From Lachnospiraceae bacterium (GTDB lineage: Bacteria; Bacillota; Clostridia; Lachnospirales; Lachnospiraceae), in assembly GCA_017411305.1 (NCBI GenBank), contig JAFQQI010000079.1, positions 17,463 to 81,462 on the forward strand: 64,000 nucleotides of DNA. Direction: 5' to 3'. Shown here one piece after another: positions 10,702 to 22,052 of this stretch; position 1 is the first letter of the stretch; every line of letters starts with the position of its first letter. The notes beneath the pieces were generated by a model. That model did not search any database and had not been told where the DNA came from. It saw only the letters and a list, made by a program, of their open reading frames with translations. A program made the position numbers and the translations under genes.

Positions 10702-10769
10702 ATTATACGTTCCCTTAGGGAGAGTGTCAAATACATTCTGTTGACGACAAGGGAAGAGTCAGCTATATT
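10702..10769. promoter_or_regulatory. divergent sigma-A promoters
   Basis: Minus strand TTGACA-17-TATAAT (10730-10702); plus strand TTGACG-17-TATATT (10741-10769). Confidence 0.75.
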
Positions 10770-10799
10770 TAATAGGAAGAAACAAAGGAGGAACGTCAG

Positions 10800-11687
10800 A
10801 TGTCGGGAAAAAAGCTGTCAGCATTTTATGTGCTCCTAGCAGGGAGTCTATGGGGATTTATGGGGGTGTTGGTAAGAACCTTAAATGCAGAAGGCTTAGG
10901 CTCTATGGAGATTTGCTTTGTCAGAGGCTTTGTTACCTTTGTGGTGATGCTTTCGGGACTTCTTGCGATAGACAGAAAAGCCCTCAGGATAAAGCTTAAG
11001 GATATCTGGTGCTTTGTAGGAACAGGAGCATGCAGTGTGGCATTTTTTAATTTTTGCTATTTTAAAACCATGACCTTGACCTCTCTTTCCGTGGCAGCAG
11101 TCTTGCTTTATACAGCACCTGCCTTTGTTATGCTGATGAGTGCCTTCCTATTTAAAGAAAAACTATCGGTAAAGAAATTGGTAGCGCTTGTTCTGGCCTT
11201 TTTGGGATGTGCCTTCGTTTCAGGGATTGTAGGCGGCGCAGGAGTACTTTCACCTACCGGAATTCTTTATGGCTTGGGCGCCGGTTTTGGCTATGCGCTA
11301 TACAGCATTTTCAGCAGATATGCGCTGATGAGGGGATACAGCTCGGTAACCATTTCCTTTTATACTTTTTTGTTCAGTGCGGCAGCAACCTTTTTCTTTG
11401 TAGATGCCGGCGGGGTGTTTACGGTAATAGGCCAAAGTGGTATACTTTTAGGCAAGACAATATTTTTGGTGCTGTTGGTAACGTTATTTCCATATCTTTT
11501 CTATACCAAAGGTCTTAACGGGATGGAGAACGGTACGGCATCCGTGATTGCATCCATTGAGCCGGTGGTAGCAACCCTGGTCGGGGTGTTCATCTATAAG
11601 GAAAAACTGAATGTTTGGAATATAACAGGAATTTGTCTGGTGCTTTGTTCTATTGTGTTACTTAATATAAATAAGAAGAAATCGTGA
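10800..11687 (+). CDS. DMT/EamA family transporter
   Basis: About 10 TM helices in two EamA repeats (LLYTAP, IEPVVA). Confidence 0.9.
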   Translation: MSGKKLSAFYVLLAGSLWGFMGVLVRTLNAEGLGSMEICFVRGFVTFVVMLSGLLAIDRKALRIKLKDIWCFVGTGACSVAFFNFCYFKTMTLTSLSVAAVLLYTAPAFVMLMSAFLFKEKLSVKKLVALVLAFLGCAFVSGIVGGAGVLSPTGILYGLGAGFGYALYSIFSRYALMRGYSSVTISFYTFLFSAAATFFFVDAGGVFTVIGQSGILLGKTIFLVLLVTLFPYLFYTKGLNGMENGTASVIASIEPVVATLVGVFIYKEKLNVWNITGICLVLCSIVLLNINKKKS

Positions 11688-11706
11688 TGTTTGTGAAGCG
11701 GGAGGT

Positions 11707-12219
11707 ATGATTATGGAAACGAAAAAGGCGAAAGTGGGATTAGGTGCATCGGCTATAGTAGGGATTACATTTACTTTAATGGGAGTTGCTTTTTTGGCAG
11801 CGGGAATTACAATCTATTTATCATTGGGGAACCGTTTTGAGGGCGCAATTCTTTTTCTGTACATTTTCGGAGGAGTCGGTGCGTTATTCTTATTAGTGGG
11901 TCTTCCTTTTGTAATTGCATTTATTAATAAGAAGAAACGTTGCAACAGATTACTGAGGGAAGGAAATTATGTAATGGCAGAGGTATCGGAAATTACCCGG
12001 AACTATAATGTGCGTGTGAATAACAGACGTCCTTACATTGTAAAATGTGCCTATCGGGATGGCTATGGTAATGTACATATTTTCAAAAGCAGAAATATCC
12101 TTTATGATCCCAGTACTATATTAAAGGATAATATGGTAAAAGTATATGTAGACGGAGAGAATTACAAGCATTACTATATGGACTTGGATGAAGTTTTACC
12201 TAATGTAATTGAGCATTAA
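11707..12219 (+). CDS. hypothetical membrane protein (DUF3592-like)
   Basis: Two N-terminal TM helices and a soluble C-terminal beta domain; GGAGG RBS, start may be 11713. Confidence 0.65.
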   Translation: MIMETKKAKVGLGASAIVGITFTLMGVAFLAAGITIYLSLGNRFEGAILFLYIFGGVGALFLLVGLPFVIAFINKKKRCNRLLREGNYVMAEVSEITRNYNVRVNNRRPYIVKCAYRDGYGNVHIFKSRNILYDPSTILKDNMVKVYVDGENYKHYYMDLDEVLPNVIEH

Positions 12220-12353
12220 GGGATAGAAACCATATTTTGTGGCGGAAAGAGCACTTACTACCATATCTATTATGAAAAAATGAATAGGATTGCAGATGTA
12301 TATATTGTACAAAAATTAATACAAAATTTTATGAAAATTTTTCAAAAAACCTC

Positions 12354-12382
12354 TTGCATGAATGAAAAACATCATGTATACT
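12354..12382 (+). promoter_or_regulatory. S10 operon promoter
   Basis: TTGCAT-17-TATACT with AT-rich UP region. Confidence 0.75.
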
Positions 12383-12387
12383 ACTAA

Positions 12388-12694
12388 TTGCTGTGGCATG
12401 ATAGCTGTGAAGCGTGAGGTTGCTGCAGGGTCGAAAGATACTGCAGGTTTTCCGTGGAGCGAATGTCAAGAGGTAAGGCTGGGCAGCCGAACCTAAGAAC
12501 CTGACGGCAAGTCACTGTACAAACATATGTCTGCAACATGCAGAAACACGTGTGTTAAGAATGTTTTTCGGAAACAAGTGCGAAGAAATTCGCAATTTTT
12601 GTGTGAGAAGGCAGGACACACACGGAAGAGTGTACAGTCACCGCTTGTCGTACTTAAGAAATTTTAAAAGTGCGAAAAGGAGGCGACTTTTTTT
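12388..12694 (+). promoter_or_regulatory. long structured S10 operon 5' leader
   Basis: About 300 nt untranslated, with several stems such as CTGCAG/CTGCAG and GGCTG/CAGCC. Confidence 0.5.
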
Positions 12695-13012
12695 ATGGCA
12701 AGTCAAGTAATGAGAATCACACTCAAGGCTTATGATCATCAATTAGTAGATGCATCTGCCAAGAAAATCATCGAAACAGTTAAGAAGAACGGATCACAGG
12801 TAAGCGGACCGGTACCCCTTCCTACTAAGAAGGAAGTTGTTACTATCTTAAGAGCGGTTCACAAGTACAAAGATTCCAGAGAGCAGTTCGAACAGAGAAC
12901 TCACAAAAGACTGATCGATATCATTACACCTACACCCAAGACTGTAGATGCTCTGCAGAGATTGGAAATGCCCGCAGGTGTATACATTGATATTAAAATG
13001 AAGAACAAATAA
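12695..13012 (+). CDS. rpsJ: 30S ribosomal protein S10
   Basis: [23 protein letters not shown]. Confidence 0.99.
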   Translation: MASQVMRITLKAYDHQLVDASAKKIIETVKKNGSQVSGPVPLPTKKEVVTILRAVHKYKDSREQFEQRTHKRLIDIITPTPKTVDALQRLEMPAGVYIDIKMKNK

Positions 13013-13095
13013 GAAGTTCTTCGAAAGTAACTAACCACCTACACTAGAATGGCCCAATCGAGGCCCGCTGTAGAATTTAATGGAGGTAAAGAAAC

Positions 13096-13779
13096 ATGAA
13101 AAAAGCTATTTTAGCTACCAAAGTCGGAATGACTCAAATCTTCAACGAAGACGGAACTTTAGTTCCCGTAACTGTACTTCAGGCTGGTCCCTGCGTAGTA
13201 ACACAGGTTAAGACAGTTGAAAATGACGGTTACAGTGCCGTACAGGTTGGTTTTGTTGACAAGAAGGAAAGAATCGTTAACAAAGACAAGAGCGGCAAAA
13301 AAGAAGTAATCCACAGACACGGCGTTAACAAAGCTCAGAAGGGACACTTCGACAAAGCCGGTGTTTCCTGCAAGAGATTCGTAAGAGAATTCAAGTTTGA
13401 AAACGCTGAAGAATACGCACTTGGAAGTGAGATTAAAGCTGATATGTTTGAAGCCGGCGATAAGGTTGACGCATCTGCAATTTCCAAAGGTAAAGGATTC
13501 CAGGGCGCAATCAAGAGACACGGACAGCACAGAGGTCCCATGGCACATGGTTCCAAATTCCATCGTCATCAGGGTTCCAACGGTGCATGCTCTTCACCGA
13601 GCCGTGTATTCAAAGGCAAAGGAATGCCCGGTCACATGGGTTGTGTAAAGGTTACAGTACAGAACCTTGAAGTAGTAAGAGTTGATGCAGAAAACAACTT
13701 ACTTCTTGTAAAGGGTGCAGTACCCGGACCTAAGAAAGCCTTAGTGACAATCAAAGAAACTGTAAAGGCTGCTAAATAG
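13096..13779 (+). CDS. rplC: 50S ribosomal protein L3
   Basis: [21 protein letters not shown]. Confidence 0.99.
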   Translation: MKKAILATKVGMTQIFNEDGTLVPVTVLQAGPCVVTQVKTVENDGYSAVQVGFVDKKERIVNKDKSGKKEVIHRHGVNKAQKGHFDKAGVSCKRFVREFKFENAEEYALGSEIKADMFEAGDKVDASAISKGKGFQGAIKRHGQHRGPMAHGSKFHRHQGSNGACSSPSRVFKGKGMPGHMGCVKVTVQNLEVVRVDAENNLLLVKGAVPGPKKALVTIKETVKAAK

Positions 13780-13811
13780 TCAGTCTAAACAATGAAAGGA
13801 GGACCATTCAG

Positions 13812-14432
13812 ATGGCAAACGTATCTGTTTATAATATGGAAGGCAAAGAAGTTGGTACAATCGAATTAAACGATGCGGTATTTGGTGTAGAAGTAAACGA
13901 ACACCTTGTACACATGGCAGTTGTACAGCAGCTTGCAAACAATCGTCAGGGAACACAGAAGGCAAAAACTCGTTCCGAAGTTTCCGGTGGCGGAAGAAAA
14001 CCTTGGAGACAGAAAGGAACCGGTCATGCAAGACAGGGTTCAACAAGAGCTCCCCAGTGGACAGGAGGCGGCGTTGTATTCGCTCCCGTACCGAGAGATT
14101 ACTCTTTCAAGTTAAACAAGAAGGAAAAGAGAGCAGCACTTAAGTCCGCTCTTTCCAGCAGAGTAGCAGACGGAAAGCTCATCGTAGTTGATGAACTGAA
14201 GTTTGACGAAATCAAGACAAAGAATTTCAAGGCAGTTATGGACAACTTAAAGGTTAGCAAGGCACTTGTAGTACTTGCTGAAAACGATGAGAAGGTTGTA
14301 ATGTCTGCAAGAAATCTTCCCACTATCAAGACAGCATTAACCAACACAATTAATGTATATGACATTTTAAAGGGCGACACACTGGTTCTTACCAAGGATG
14401 CAGTGGCTAAGATTGAGGAGGTGTATGCATAA
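13812..14432 (+). CDS. rplD: 50S ribosomal protein L4
   Basis: [18 protein letters not shown]. Confidence 0.99.
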   Translation: MANVSVYNMEGKEVGTIELNDAVFGVEVNEHLVHMAVVQQLANNRQGTQKAKTRSEVSGGGRKPWRQKGTGHARQGSTRAPQWTGGGVVFAPVPRDYSFKLNKKEKRAALKSALSSRVADGKLIVVDELKFDEIKTKNFKAVMDNLKVSKALVVLAENDEKVVMSARNLPTIKTALTNTINVYDILKGDTLVLTKDAVAKIEEVYA

Positions 14433-14731
14433 TGGCAGCAATTCAGTATTATGACGTAATCCTCAAACCGGTTATCACCGAAAAGAGTATGGCCGGAATG
14501 GGTGAAAAGAAATATACTTTTTTGGTTCATCCCGAAGCAAATAAGACTATGATTAAAGAAGCTGTTGAAAAGATGTTCGAAGGAACAAAGGTTGCAAAGG
14601 TTAACACCATGAACTGCGAAGGCAAGAATAAGAGACGTGGTTTGGTTTACGGAAAGACCGCTAAGACCAAGAAGGCAATCGTATGGTTAACAGCAGACAG
14701 CAAGGATATCGAAATCTTCGCTGGTCTCTAA
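14432..14731 (+). CDS. rplW: 50S ribosomal protein L23
   Basis: PVITEKS, KKAIV; operon position. Confidence 0.98.
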   Translation: MAAIQYYDVILKPVITEKSMAGMGEKKYTFLVHPEANKTMIKEAVEKMFEGTKVAKVNTMNCEGKNKRRGLVYGKTAKTKKAIVWLTADSKDIEIFAGL

Positions 14732-14793
14732 GAAATAACAGTATGCACACATAAGTGCGATAATAAATGTAGAACTCGAAAGGAGAAAAAGTC

Positions 14794-15639
14794 ATGGGAA
14801 TTAAGACATACAACCCATATACACCTTCAAGAAGAAATATGACCGGTTCTGACTTCTCCGAAATCACAAAGAAGACCCCTGAAAAGTCCCTTTGTGTTTC
14901 CTTGGATAAGAACGCTGGTCGTAACAATCAGGGTAAAATCACTGTAAGACACCGCGGAGGCGGTTCCAGAAGAAAATACAGACTTGTAGATTTCAAGAGA
15001 AATGCTAAGGATGGTATTCCTGCAACAGTAATCGGTATCGAATACGATCCTAACAGAACAGCAAACATCGCATTAATCTGTTACGCAGACGGCGAAAAGG
15101 CATACATCCTTGCTCCCGAAGGATTAAAGGATGGCATGAAGGTTATGAACGGACCTGAAGCAGAAGTAAGAATCGGTAACTGCTTACCTTTAGCTAACAT
15201 CCCTGTTGGTACACAGGTACACAACGTAGAATTATATCCCGGTAAGGGCGGACAGATGGTTCGTTCTGCAGGTAACAGCGCACAGTTAATGGCGAAAGAA
15301 GGAAAATATGCAACACTTCGTCTTCCTTCAGGCGAAATGAGAATGGTGCCTATCATTTGTAGAGCAACCGTAGGTGTTGTAGGTAACGCAGATCACAGCC
15401 TGATCAATATCGGTAAGGCAGGACGTAAGCGTCATATGGGTATCCGTCCTACAGTTCGTGGTTCCGTAATGAACCCTAACGACCATCCTCACGGTGGTGG
15501 TGAAGGTAAGACAGGTATCGGACGTCCCGGCCCTTGTACACCTTGGGGCAAGCCCGCTCTTGGTCTTAAGACTCGTAAGAAGAAAAAAGCTTCTAACAAG
15601 TTAATCGTAAGAAGAAGAGACGGCAAGGCCATCAAATAA
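14794..15639 (+). CDS. rplB: 50S ribosomal protein L2
   Basis: [19 protein letters not shown]. Confidence 0.99.
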   Translation: MGIKTYNPYTPSRRNMTGSDFSEITKKTPEKSLCVSLDKNAGRNNQGKITVRHRGGGSRRKYRLVDFKRNAKDGIPATVIGIEYDPNRTANIALICYADGEKAYILAPEGLKDGMKVMNGPEAEVRIGNCLPLANIPVGTQVHNVELYPGKGGQMVRSAGNSAQLMAKEGKYATLRLPSGEMRMVPIICRATVGVVGNADHSLINIGKAGRKRHMGIRPTVRGSVMNPNDHPHGGGEGKTGIGRPGPCTPWGKPALGLKTRKKKKASNKLIVRRRDGKAIK

Positions 15640-15658
15640 TTAAGGAGGAGAGAAGAAA

Positions 15659-15940
15659 ATGGCTAGATCACTGAAAAAAGGACCCTTTGCAGATGCAAGT
15701 TTACTGAAAAAAGTAGATGCAATGAATGCAGCAGGACAAAAGCAGGTAATTAAGACCTGGTCCCGTCGTTCTACAATCTTCCCCTCTTTTGTGGGACATA
15801 CATTTGCAGTACACGACGGAAGAAAGCATGTGCCTGTATATGTTACAGAAGATATGGTTGGACATAAGTTAGGTGAATTTGTTGCAACCAGAACTTATAG
15901 AGGACACGGCAAAGACGAAAAGAAGTCTAAAGTAAGATAA
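15659..15940 (+). CDS. rpsS: 30S ribosomal protein S19
   Basis: [17 protein letters not shown]. Confidence 0.99.
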   Translation: MARSLKKGPFADASLLKKVDAMNAAGQKQVIKTWSRRSTIFPSFVGHTFAVHDGRKHVPVYVTEDMVGHKLGEFVATRTYRGHGKDEKKSKVR

Positions 15941-15953
15941 GGAGGTTTTAGCA

Positions 15954-16340
15954 ATGGCAAAAGGACATAGATCCCAAATTAAAAGAGAGAGAAATGCGCA
16001 GAAAGACACAAGACCTTCAGCTAAGTTATCTTACGCAAGAGTGTCTGTTCAGAAAGCATGTTTCGTATTAGATGCCATCAGAGGCAAAGATGTAGCAACT
16101 GCCTTGGCAATTTTAGAGTACAATCCCAGATATGCTTCCAGCATCATTAAGAAGTTACTTCAGTCTGCTATCGCAAACGCTGAAAATAACAACGGTATGA
16201 ATGCTGAAAACCTTTATGTTGCAGAATGTTATGCAAACAAAGGACCTACAATGAAGAGAGTTAGACCGAGAGCACAGGGTAGAGCTTACAGAATCGAAAA
16301 GAGAATGAGCCACATCACAGTTGTGCTTGATGAAAGATAG
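15954..16340 (+). CDS. rplV: 50S ribosomal protein L22
   Basis: [21 protein letters not shown]. Confidence 0.98.
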   Translation: MAKGHRSQIKRERNAQKDTRPSAKLSYARVSVQKACFVLDAIRGKDVATALAILEYNPRYASSIIKKLLQSAIANAENNNGMNAENLYVAECYANKGPTMKRVRPRAQGRAYRIEKRMSHITVVLDER

Positions 16341-16351
16341 GAGGAAAAATA

Positions 16352-17014
16352 ATGGGACAGAAAGTTAATCCTCACGGCCTCAGAGTCGGTGTTATTAAGG
16401 ATTGGGATTCTAAATGGTATGCAGATGCAGAGTTTTCTGAGTTCCTCGTAGAAGACTACGACATCAGAAAATACCTTAAGAAGAAATTATACAGTGCCGG
16501 AATTTCCAAAATTGAAATCGAAAGAGCTTCCGACAGAGTAAAGGTTATCATCTACACAGCTAAGCCCGGTGTTGTTATCGGTAAGGGCGGTGCAGAAATC
16601 GAAGTAACCAAGAAAGAACTTTCCAAGATGACAGGAAAGAAAGTATTAGTAGATATCAAAGAAATCAAGAGACCCGATAAGGACGCACAGCTTGTTGCAG
16701 AAAATATTGCACAGCAGCTTGAAAACCGTGTATCCTTCAGACGTGCAATGAAGTCCTGCATGGGCAGAACAATGAAGTCAGGAGCTCTTGGTATTAAGAC
16801 TTCCTGTTCAGGACGTCTCGGCGGTGCAGATATGGCTCGTACAGAGTTCTACAGCGAAGGTACTATTCCGCTTCAGACACTTCGTGCTGATATCGATTAC
16901 GGATTTGCAGAAGCAGACACAACCTACGGTAAGGTAGGCGTTAAAGTATGGATTTACAAGGGTGAAGTACTTCCTGCTAAGAAGAATGATGAAAAGGAAG
17001 GGAGCGATAAATAA
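16352..17014 (+). CDS. rpsC: 30S ribosomal protein S3
   Basis: [22 protein letters not shown]. Confidence 0.99.
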   Translation: MGQKVNPHGLRVGVIKDWDSKWYADAEFSEFLVEDYDIRKYLKKKLYSAGISKIEIERASDRVKVIIYTAKPGVVIGKGGAEIEVTKKELSKMTGKKVLVDIKEIKRPDKDAQLVAENIAQQLENRVSFRRAMKSCMGRTMKSGALGIKTSCSGRLGGADMARTEFYSEGTIPLQTLRADIDYGFAEADTTYGKVGVKVWIYKGEVLPAKKNDEKEGSDK

Positions 17015-17451
17015 TGTTAATGCCTAAAAGAGTGAAACGTCGTAAACAGTTCCGTGGCACCATGAGAGGTAAAGCAAGTCGTGGTAACACAATTACTTAC
17101 GGTGAATTCGGTATTGTTGCAACAGAACCTTGTTGGATCAGATCTAACCAGATCGAAGCAGCCCGTATTGCTATGACTCGTCATATCAAGCGTGGTGGTA
17201 AGGTTTGGATTAAGATTTTCCCTGATAAACCAGTAACAGCAAAACCAGCAGAAACACGTATGGGTTCCGGTAAAGGTACACTGGAATACTGGGTAGCAGT
17301 TGTTAAGCCCGGCCGTGTAATGTTTGAAATCTCAGGAGTAGCTGAAGAAACAGCAAGAGAAGCTTTAAGACTTGCAACACATAAGCTTCCTTGTAAGTGT
17401 AAAATCGTTTCTAAGGCAGACTTGGAAGGCGGTGTATCAAATGAAAACTAA
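17014..17451 (+). CDS. rplP: 50S ribosomal protein L16
   Basis: MLMPKR, RMGSGKG. Confidence 0.99.
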   Translation: MLMPKRVKRRKQFRGTMRGKASRGNTITYGEFGIVATEPCWIRSNQIEAARIAMTRHIKRGGKVWIKIFPDKPVTAKPAETRMGSGKGTLEYWVAVVKPGRVMFEISGVAEETAREALRLATHKLPCKCKIVSKADLEGGVSNEN

Positions 17452-17647
17452 TAAGTATGTAGAAGATTTAAAAGCAAAATCAGCTGCAGAATTAGCACAG
17501 GAATTAGTAGCTGCTAAGAAAGAACTTTTCAATTTGAGATTCCAGAATGCAACCAACCAGCTGGATAATACAGCAAGAATCAAAGAAGTAAGAAAGAATA
17601 TCGCAAGAATTCAGACAGTTATTACTATGAAGCAGAAAGAAGCTTAA
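17441..17647 (+). CDS. rpmC: 50S ribosomal protein L29
   Basis: [20 protein letters not shown]; start trimmed to ATG 17441. Confidence 0.97.
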   Translation: MKTNKYVEDLKAKSAAELAQELVAAKKELFNLRFQNATNQLDNTARIKEVRKNIARIQTVITMKQKEA

Positions 17648-17689
17648 GGTTGTAAGCTGAATGTCAAGAAAGGAAAGGAGACTTAAATC

Positions 17690-17944
17690 GTGGAAAGAAA
17701 TTTGAGAAAAACACGTATCGGTAAAGTTGTCAGTGATAAAATGGATAAGACAATCGTTGTTGCTATCGAAAATCATGTAAAGCATCCTCTTTACAAGAAA
17801 ATCGTTAAGGATACTTACAAACTGAAAGCTCATGATGAAAACAACGAATGCCGCATTGGTGACACCGTTAAAGTAATGGAAACAAGACCTTTATCCAAAG
17901 ACAAGAGATGGAGACTTGTAGAAATCGTAGAAAGAGCAAAATAA
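17690..17944 (+). CDS. rpsQ: 30S ribosomal protein S17
   Basis: [18 protein letters not shown]. Confidence 0.99.
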   Translation: MERNLRKTRIGKVVSDKMDKTIVVAIENHVKHPLYKKIVKDTYKLKAHDENNECRIGDTVKVMETRPLSKDKRWRLVEIVERAK

Positions 17945-17987
17945 TAAAACGTTCGCCTGTTTGGCGAAGTTTGGAAGGAGAATTAGC

Positions 17988-18356
17988 ATGATTCAACAAG
18001 AAAGCAGACTTAAGGTTGCTGATAACACAGGTGCTAAGGAAATCCTCTGCATCAGAGTTATGGGCGGATCTACCAGAAGATATGCACAGATCGGCGATAT
18101 TATTGTTGCTACGGTTAAAGATGCAACACCTGGCGGCGTTGTAAAGAAGGGTGACGTAGTAAAGGCTGTCGTTGTTCGTACTGTAAAAGGCGCTCGTCGT
18201 AAAGACGGATCTTATATTAAATTCGACGAAAATGCTGCTGTTATCATTAAAGATGACAAGACTCCCAGAGGAACCCGTATTTTTGGACCCGTAGCAAGAG
18301 AGCTTCGTGAAAAACAGTTTATGAAAATTGTTTCTCTTGCTCCCGAAGTATTATAG
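17988..18356 (+). CDS. rplN: 50S ribosomal protein L14
   Basis: [13 protein letters not shown]; start trimmed to 17988. Confidence 0.99.
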   Translation: MIQQESRLKVADNTGAKEILCIRVMGGSTRRYAQIGDIIVATVKDATPGGVVKKGDVVKAVVVRTVKGARRKDGSYIKFDENAAVIIKDDKTPRGTRIFGPVARELREKQFMKIVSLAPEVL

Positions 18357-18369
18357 GAGGTAACACAGC

Positions 18370-18687
18370 ATGGCAACTTTAAAGATTAAGAAAGGTGATA
18401 CCGTTAAGGTAATCGCCGGTAAAGATAACGGAAAAGAAGGCAAGGTACTTTCTGTAGACGCTAAGAACGGCAAGGTTTTAGTTGAAGGTGTTGGCGTTGT
18501 AACAAAGCATACAAAGCCTTCAGCAGCTAACCAGAATGGTGGAATTATTCAAAAAGAAGCTCCTATTGACATTTCAAACGTAATGCTTATGTTCAACGGA
18601 AAGGCTACAAGAGTAGGCTTTAAGATGGACGGAGATAAGAAAGTACGTTATGCAAAGTCAACAGGTGAAGTAATTGACAAAAAGTAA
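18370..18687 (+). CDS. rplX: 50S ribosomal protein L24
   Basis: [22 protein letters not shown]. Confidence 0.99.
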   Translation: MATLKIKKGDTVKVIAGKDNGKEGKVLSVDAKNGKVLVEGVGVVTKHTKPSAANQNGGIIQKEAPIDISNVMLMFNGKATRVGFKMDGDKKVRYAKSTGEVIDKK

Positions 18688-18719
18688 TTGATTAATTCTA
18701 GGAAAGGAGAACTGGAAGC

Positions 18720-19259
18720 GTGAGCAGACTTAAAACATTGTATAATGATGAGATCGTAGATGCTATGATCAAAAAGTTCGGATATAAGAACATCATGGAA
18801 GTACCTAAGCTTGACAAGATTGTAATTAACATGGGCGTAGGCGAAGCTAAGGACAATGCAAAAATCCTTGAATCCGCTGTAAAGGACATGGAAACAATCA
18901 CAGGTCAGAAGGCAGTACTTACCAAAGCTAAAAAATCTGTTGCTAACTTCAAAATCAGAGAAGGTATGGCTATCGGATGTAAGACAACACTTCGTGGCGA
19001 AAAGATGTATGAATTCCTTGATCGTCTTGTAAACCTGGCATTGCCTCGTGTACGTGACTTCAGAGGTGTTAACCCTAACGCATTCGACGGAAGAGGAAAC
19101 TACTCCTTAGGTATTAAGGAACAGCTTATTTTCCCTGAAATCGAATATGATAAGGTTGATAAGGTAAGAGGTATGGATATTATCTTTGTTACCACAGCTA
19201 AGACAGATGAAGAAGCACGTGAGTTATTAAGATTATTCAATATGCCATTCGCAAAGTAA
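18720..19259 (+). CDS. rplE: 50S ribosomal protein L5
   Basis: [16 protein letters not shown]. Confidence 0.99.
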   Translation: MSRLKTLYNDEIVDAMIKKFGYKNIMEVPKLDKIVINMGVGEAKDNAKILESAVKDMETITGQKAVLTKAKKSVANFKIREGMAIGCKTTLRGEKMYEFLDRLVNLALPRVRDFRGVNPNAFDGRGNYSLGIKEQLIFPEIEYDKVDKVRGMDIIFVTTAKTDEEARELLRLFNMPFAK

Positions 19260-19280
19260 AGAAGGAGGTAAATAGAATCC

Positions 19281-19466
19281 ATGGCTAAGACTTCAATGAA
19301 GATTAAACAGCAGCGTAAACCTAAATTCTCTACAAGAGAATATACACGTTGTAATATTTGTGGACGTCCACATGCTGTATTAAGAAAGTACGGAATCTGC
19401 AGAATTTGCTTCCGTGAACTGGCATATAAGGGACAGATTCCCGGTGTCAGAAAAGCAAGCTGGTAA
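19281..19466 (+). CDS. rpsN: 30S ribosomal protein S14, Zn-binding type Z
   Basis: 61 aa, CxxC...CxxC. Confidence 0.98.
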   Translation: MAKTSMKIKQQRKPKFSTREYTRCNICGRPHAVLRKYGICRICFRELAYKGQIPGVRKASW

Positions 19467-19491
19467 GATTAATTAAGGAGGAAAAGAAACA

Positions 19492-19893
19492 ATGACAATG
19501 AGCGATCCTATTGCAGATATGCTTACAAGAATCCGTAATGCAAATACTGCAAAACACGATACAGTAGATGTTCCCTCTTCTAAAATGAAACTGGCAATTG
19601 CAGATATTCTTGTAGAGGAAGGATACATTAAGAAATATGATTTAGTTGAAGAAGGAAACTTCAAGACTATCCGCATCACATTAAAGTATGGTGCAGACAG
19701 AAATGAGAAGATTATCACAGGCTTAAAGAGAATCTCCAAGCCCGGTCTTCGTATTTACGCAGGCAAGGATGAGCTTCCCAGAGTACTTGGCGGTTTAGGA
19801 ATTGCAATTATTTCTACAAACCAGGGTGTTGTAACTGATAAAAAGGCTAGAGAATTACAGGTAGGCGGCGAAGTGCTGGCGTACGTATGGTAG
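19492..19893 (+). CDS. rpsH: 30S ribosomal protein S8
   Basis: [20 protein letters not shown]. Confidence 0.99.
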   Translation: MTMSDPIADMLTRIRNANTAKHDTVDVPSSKMKLAIADILVEEGYIKKYDLVEEGNFKTIRITLKYGADRNEKIITGLKRISKPGLRIYAGKDELPRVLGGLGIAIISTNQGVVTDKKARELQVGGEVLAYVW

Positions 19894-19927
19894 TTCCTAG
19901 GTAGCAAATTATATAGGAGGTACGGGC

Positions 19928-20470
19928 ATGTCACGTATAGGAAGAATGCCAATCGCGATTCCTGCAGGAGTTACTGTAGAAGTTGCAGAAAATAATAAAG
20001 TGACTGTAAAAGGTCCTAAAGGAACACTGGAAAGAGTGCTTCCCGCAGAAATGGAAATCAAAGTAGAAGGTGCTGAAGTAGTAGTAAGCAGACCTAACGA
20101 CTTAAAGAGAATGAAATCTTTACATGGTCTTACAAGAACACTGATCAACAACATGGTTGTAGGTGTTACAAACGGCTATGAAAAGAAGCTGGAAGTAAAC
20201 GGTGTCGGTTACAGAGCAGCAAAATCCGGAAAGACTTTAACCTTATCCTTAGGATATTCTCATCCGGTTGAGATGCAAGACCCCGAAGGTATTGAAACAG
20301 TACTTGAAGGTCAGAACATCATCATTGTAAAAGGTATCGATAAAGAAAAAGTTGGCCAATTCGCAGCTGAAATCAGAGACAAGAGAAGACCTGAACCTTA
20401 TAAGGGCAAGGGTATCAAGTATGCTGATGAAGTAATCAGACGAAAAGTTGGTAAGACTGGTAAGAAATAA
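19928..20470 (+). CDS. rplF: 50S ribosomal protein L6
   Basis: [16 protein letters not shown]. Confidence 0.99.
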   Translation: MSRIGRMPIAIPAGVTVEVAENNKVTVKGPKGTLERVLPAEMEIKVEGAEVVVSRPNDLKRMKSLHGLTRTLINNMVVGVTNGYEKKLEVNGVGYRAAKSGKTLTLSLGYSHPVEMQDPEGIETVLEGQNIIIVKGIDKEKVGQFAAEIRDKRRPEPYKGKGIKYADEVIRRKVGKTGKK

Positions 20471-20490
20471 GAGATAAGGAGAGTGTAAAA

Positions 20491-20859
20491 ATGGTTAGTA
20501 AAGAATCAAGACAGAAAGTCCGTGTAAAAAAACACATGAAAATACGTAACCGTTTCAGTGGTACTGCTGAAAGACCTCGTTTAGCTGTGTTTAGAAGCAA
20601 TAATCATATGTATGCTCAAATTATTGACGATACAGTTGGAAATACATTAGTTGCAGCTTCTACTGTTGAAAAGGCAGTTAAGGCTGAACTTGAAAAAACC
20701 AATAACGTTGATGCAGCAGCATACCTTGGAACAGTTATTGCTAAAAGAGCAATCGAAAAAGGTATTGATACCGTAGTCTTTGACAGAGGCGGCTTTATAT
20801 ACCAGGGTAAAATCGAAGCATTAGCTGACGCAGCCAGAGAAGCTGGCTTAAAATTCTAG
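20491..20859 (+). CDS. rplR: 50S ribosomal protein L18
   Basis: [15 protein letters not shown]. Confidence 0.99.
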   Translation: MVSKESRQKVRVKKHMKIRNRFSGTAERPRLAVFRSNNHMYAQIIDDTVGNTLVAASTVEKAVKAELEKTNNVDAAAYLGTVIAKRAIEKGIDTVVFDRGGFIYQGKIEALADAAREAGLKF

Positions 20860-20877
20860 GAAAGGAAGAAGTAGATC

Positions 20878-21387
20878 ATGAAGAATACAATCATAGATGT
20901 AAGCCAGTTAGAGTTAAGTGATAAGGTTGTTGCCATCAAGCGTGTAACCAAAACTGTAAAGGGTGGTCGTAACATGAGATTTACTGCTCTTGTAGTAGTA
21001 GGTGACGGTAACGGTCATGTAGGCGCAGGACTTGGCAAGGCTGTAGAAATTCCTGAAGCAATCCGCAAGGGAAAAGAAGATGCAATGAAAAACATCGTAA
21101 AAATTGCACTTGATGAAAACAATTCCGTTACACATGATTTTATCGGAAAATTCGGTTCTGCAAGCGTTCTTTTAAAGAAGGCTCCCGAAGGTACAGGTAT
21201 CATCGCAGGTGGTCCCGCTCGTATCGTTTGTGAACTTGCAGGTATCAAGAATATCCGTACAAAATCACTTGGTTCCAACAATAAGCAGAACGTAGTTCTT
21301 GCAACAATTGAAGGTTTAAGCAATTTAAAGACACCTGAAGAGGTTGCTAAGAACCGTGGTAAATCTGTAGAAGAAATTATGGCATAG
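20878..21387 (+). CDS. rpsE: 30S ribosomal protein S5
   Basis: [18 protein letters not shown]. Confidence 0.99.
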   Translation: MKNTIIDVSQLELSDKVVAIKRVTKTVKGGRNMRFTALVVVGDGNGHVGAGLGKAVEIPEAIRKGKEDAMKNIVKIALDENNSVTHDFIGKFGSASVLLKKAPEGTGIIAGGPARIVCELAGIKNIRTKSLGSNNKQNVVLATIEGLSNLKTPEEVAKNRGKSVEEIMA

Positions 21388-21401
21388 GAGGGAATAGGAA
21401 G

Positions 21402-21590
21402 ATGGCAGAGCAGAAAATGTTAAAAGTTACATTAGTAAAATCTCCTATCGGAGCAGTTCCCAAGCATAAAGCAACTGTGCAGTCTATGGGACTTAGAAAG
21501 CTGAACAAGTCTATTTTGTTACCTGATAATGCAGCTACAAGAGGACAGATTCAGCAGATCAGACATTTAGTTAAAGTAGAAGAAGCTTAA
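21402..21590 (+). CDS. rpmD: 50S ribosomal protein L30
   Basis: LKVTLVKSPIG; operon position. Confidence 0.97.
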   Translation: MAEQKMLKVTLVKSPIGAVPKHKATVQSMGLRKLNKSILLPDNAATRGQIQQIRHLVKVEEA

Positions 21591-21611
21591 TAAGATAAGG
21601 AGGTGTCAGCA

Positions 21612-22052
21612 ATGGAATTATCTAATTTAAGACCCGCAGAAGGTTCTACAAAGAGTGATAATTTTAGAAGAGGTCGTGGACACGGTTCAGGAAATGGTAA
21701 GACAGCCGGTAAAGGTCACAAAGGTCAGAAGGCTCGTTCCGGAGCACCCAGACCCGGCTTTGAAGGTGGTCAGATGCCCTTATACAGACGTATCCCGAAG
21801 AGAGGCTTTACTTGCCCCAGCTCTAAGGATATCGTAGGAATTAATTTAAGTGCACTTGAGCGATTTGAAGACGGTGCTGTAGTAGATATCGAAGCATTAA
21901 TCGAAACAGGAATCGTTAGAAATCCTAAAGATGGCGTAAAGATCCTCGGAAACGGAGAAATTACCAAGAAGCTTACAGTGAAAGCAAATGCATTCAGTGC
22001 ATCTGCCCAGGAAAAAATTGAAGCTGCTGGTGGAACTGTTGAGGTGATTTAA
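21612..22052 (+). CDS. rplO: 50S ribosomal protein L15
   Basis: [22 protein letters not shown]; ATG 21612 after AGGAGGT. Confidence 0.99.
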   Translation: MELSNLRPAEGSTKSDNFRRGRGHGSGNGKTAGKGHKGQKARSGAPRPGFEGGQMPLYRRIPKRGFTCPSSKDIVGINLSALERFEDGAVVDIEALIETGIVRNPKDGVKILGNGEITKKLTVKANAFSASAQEKIEAAGGTVEVI

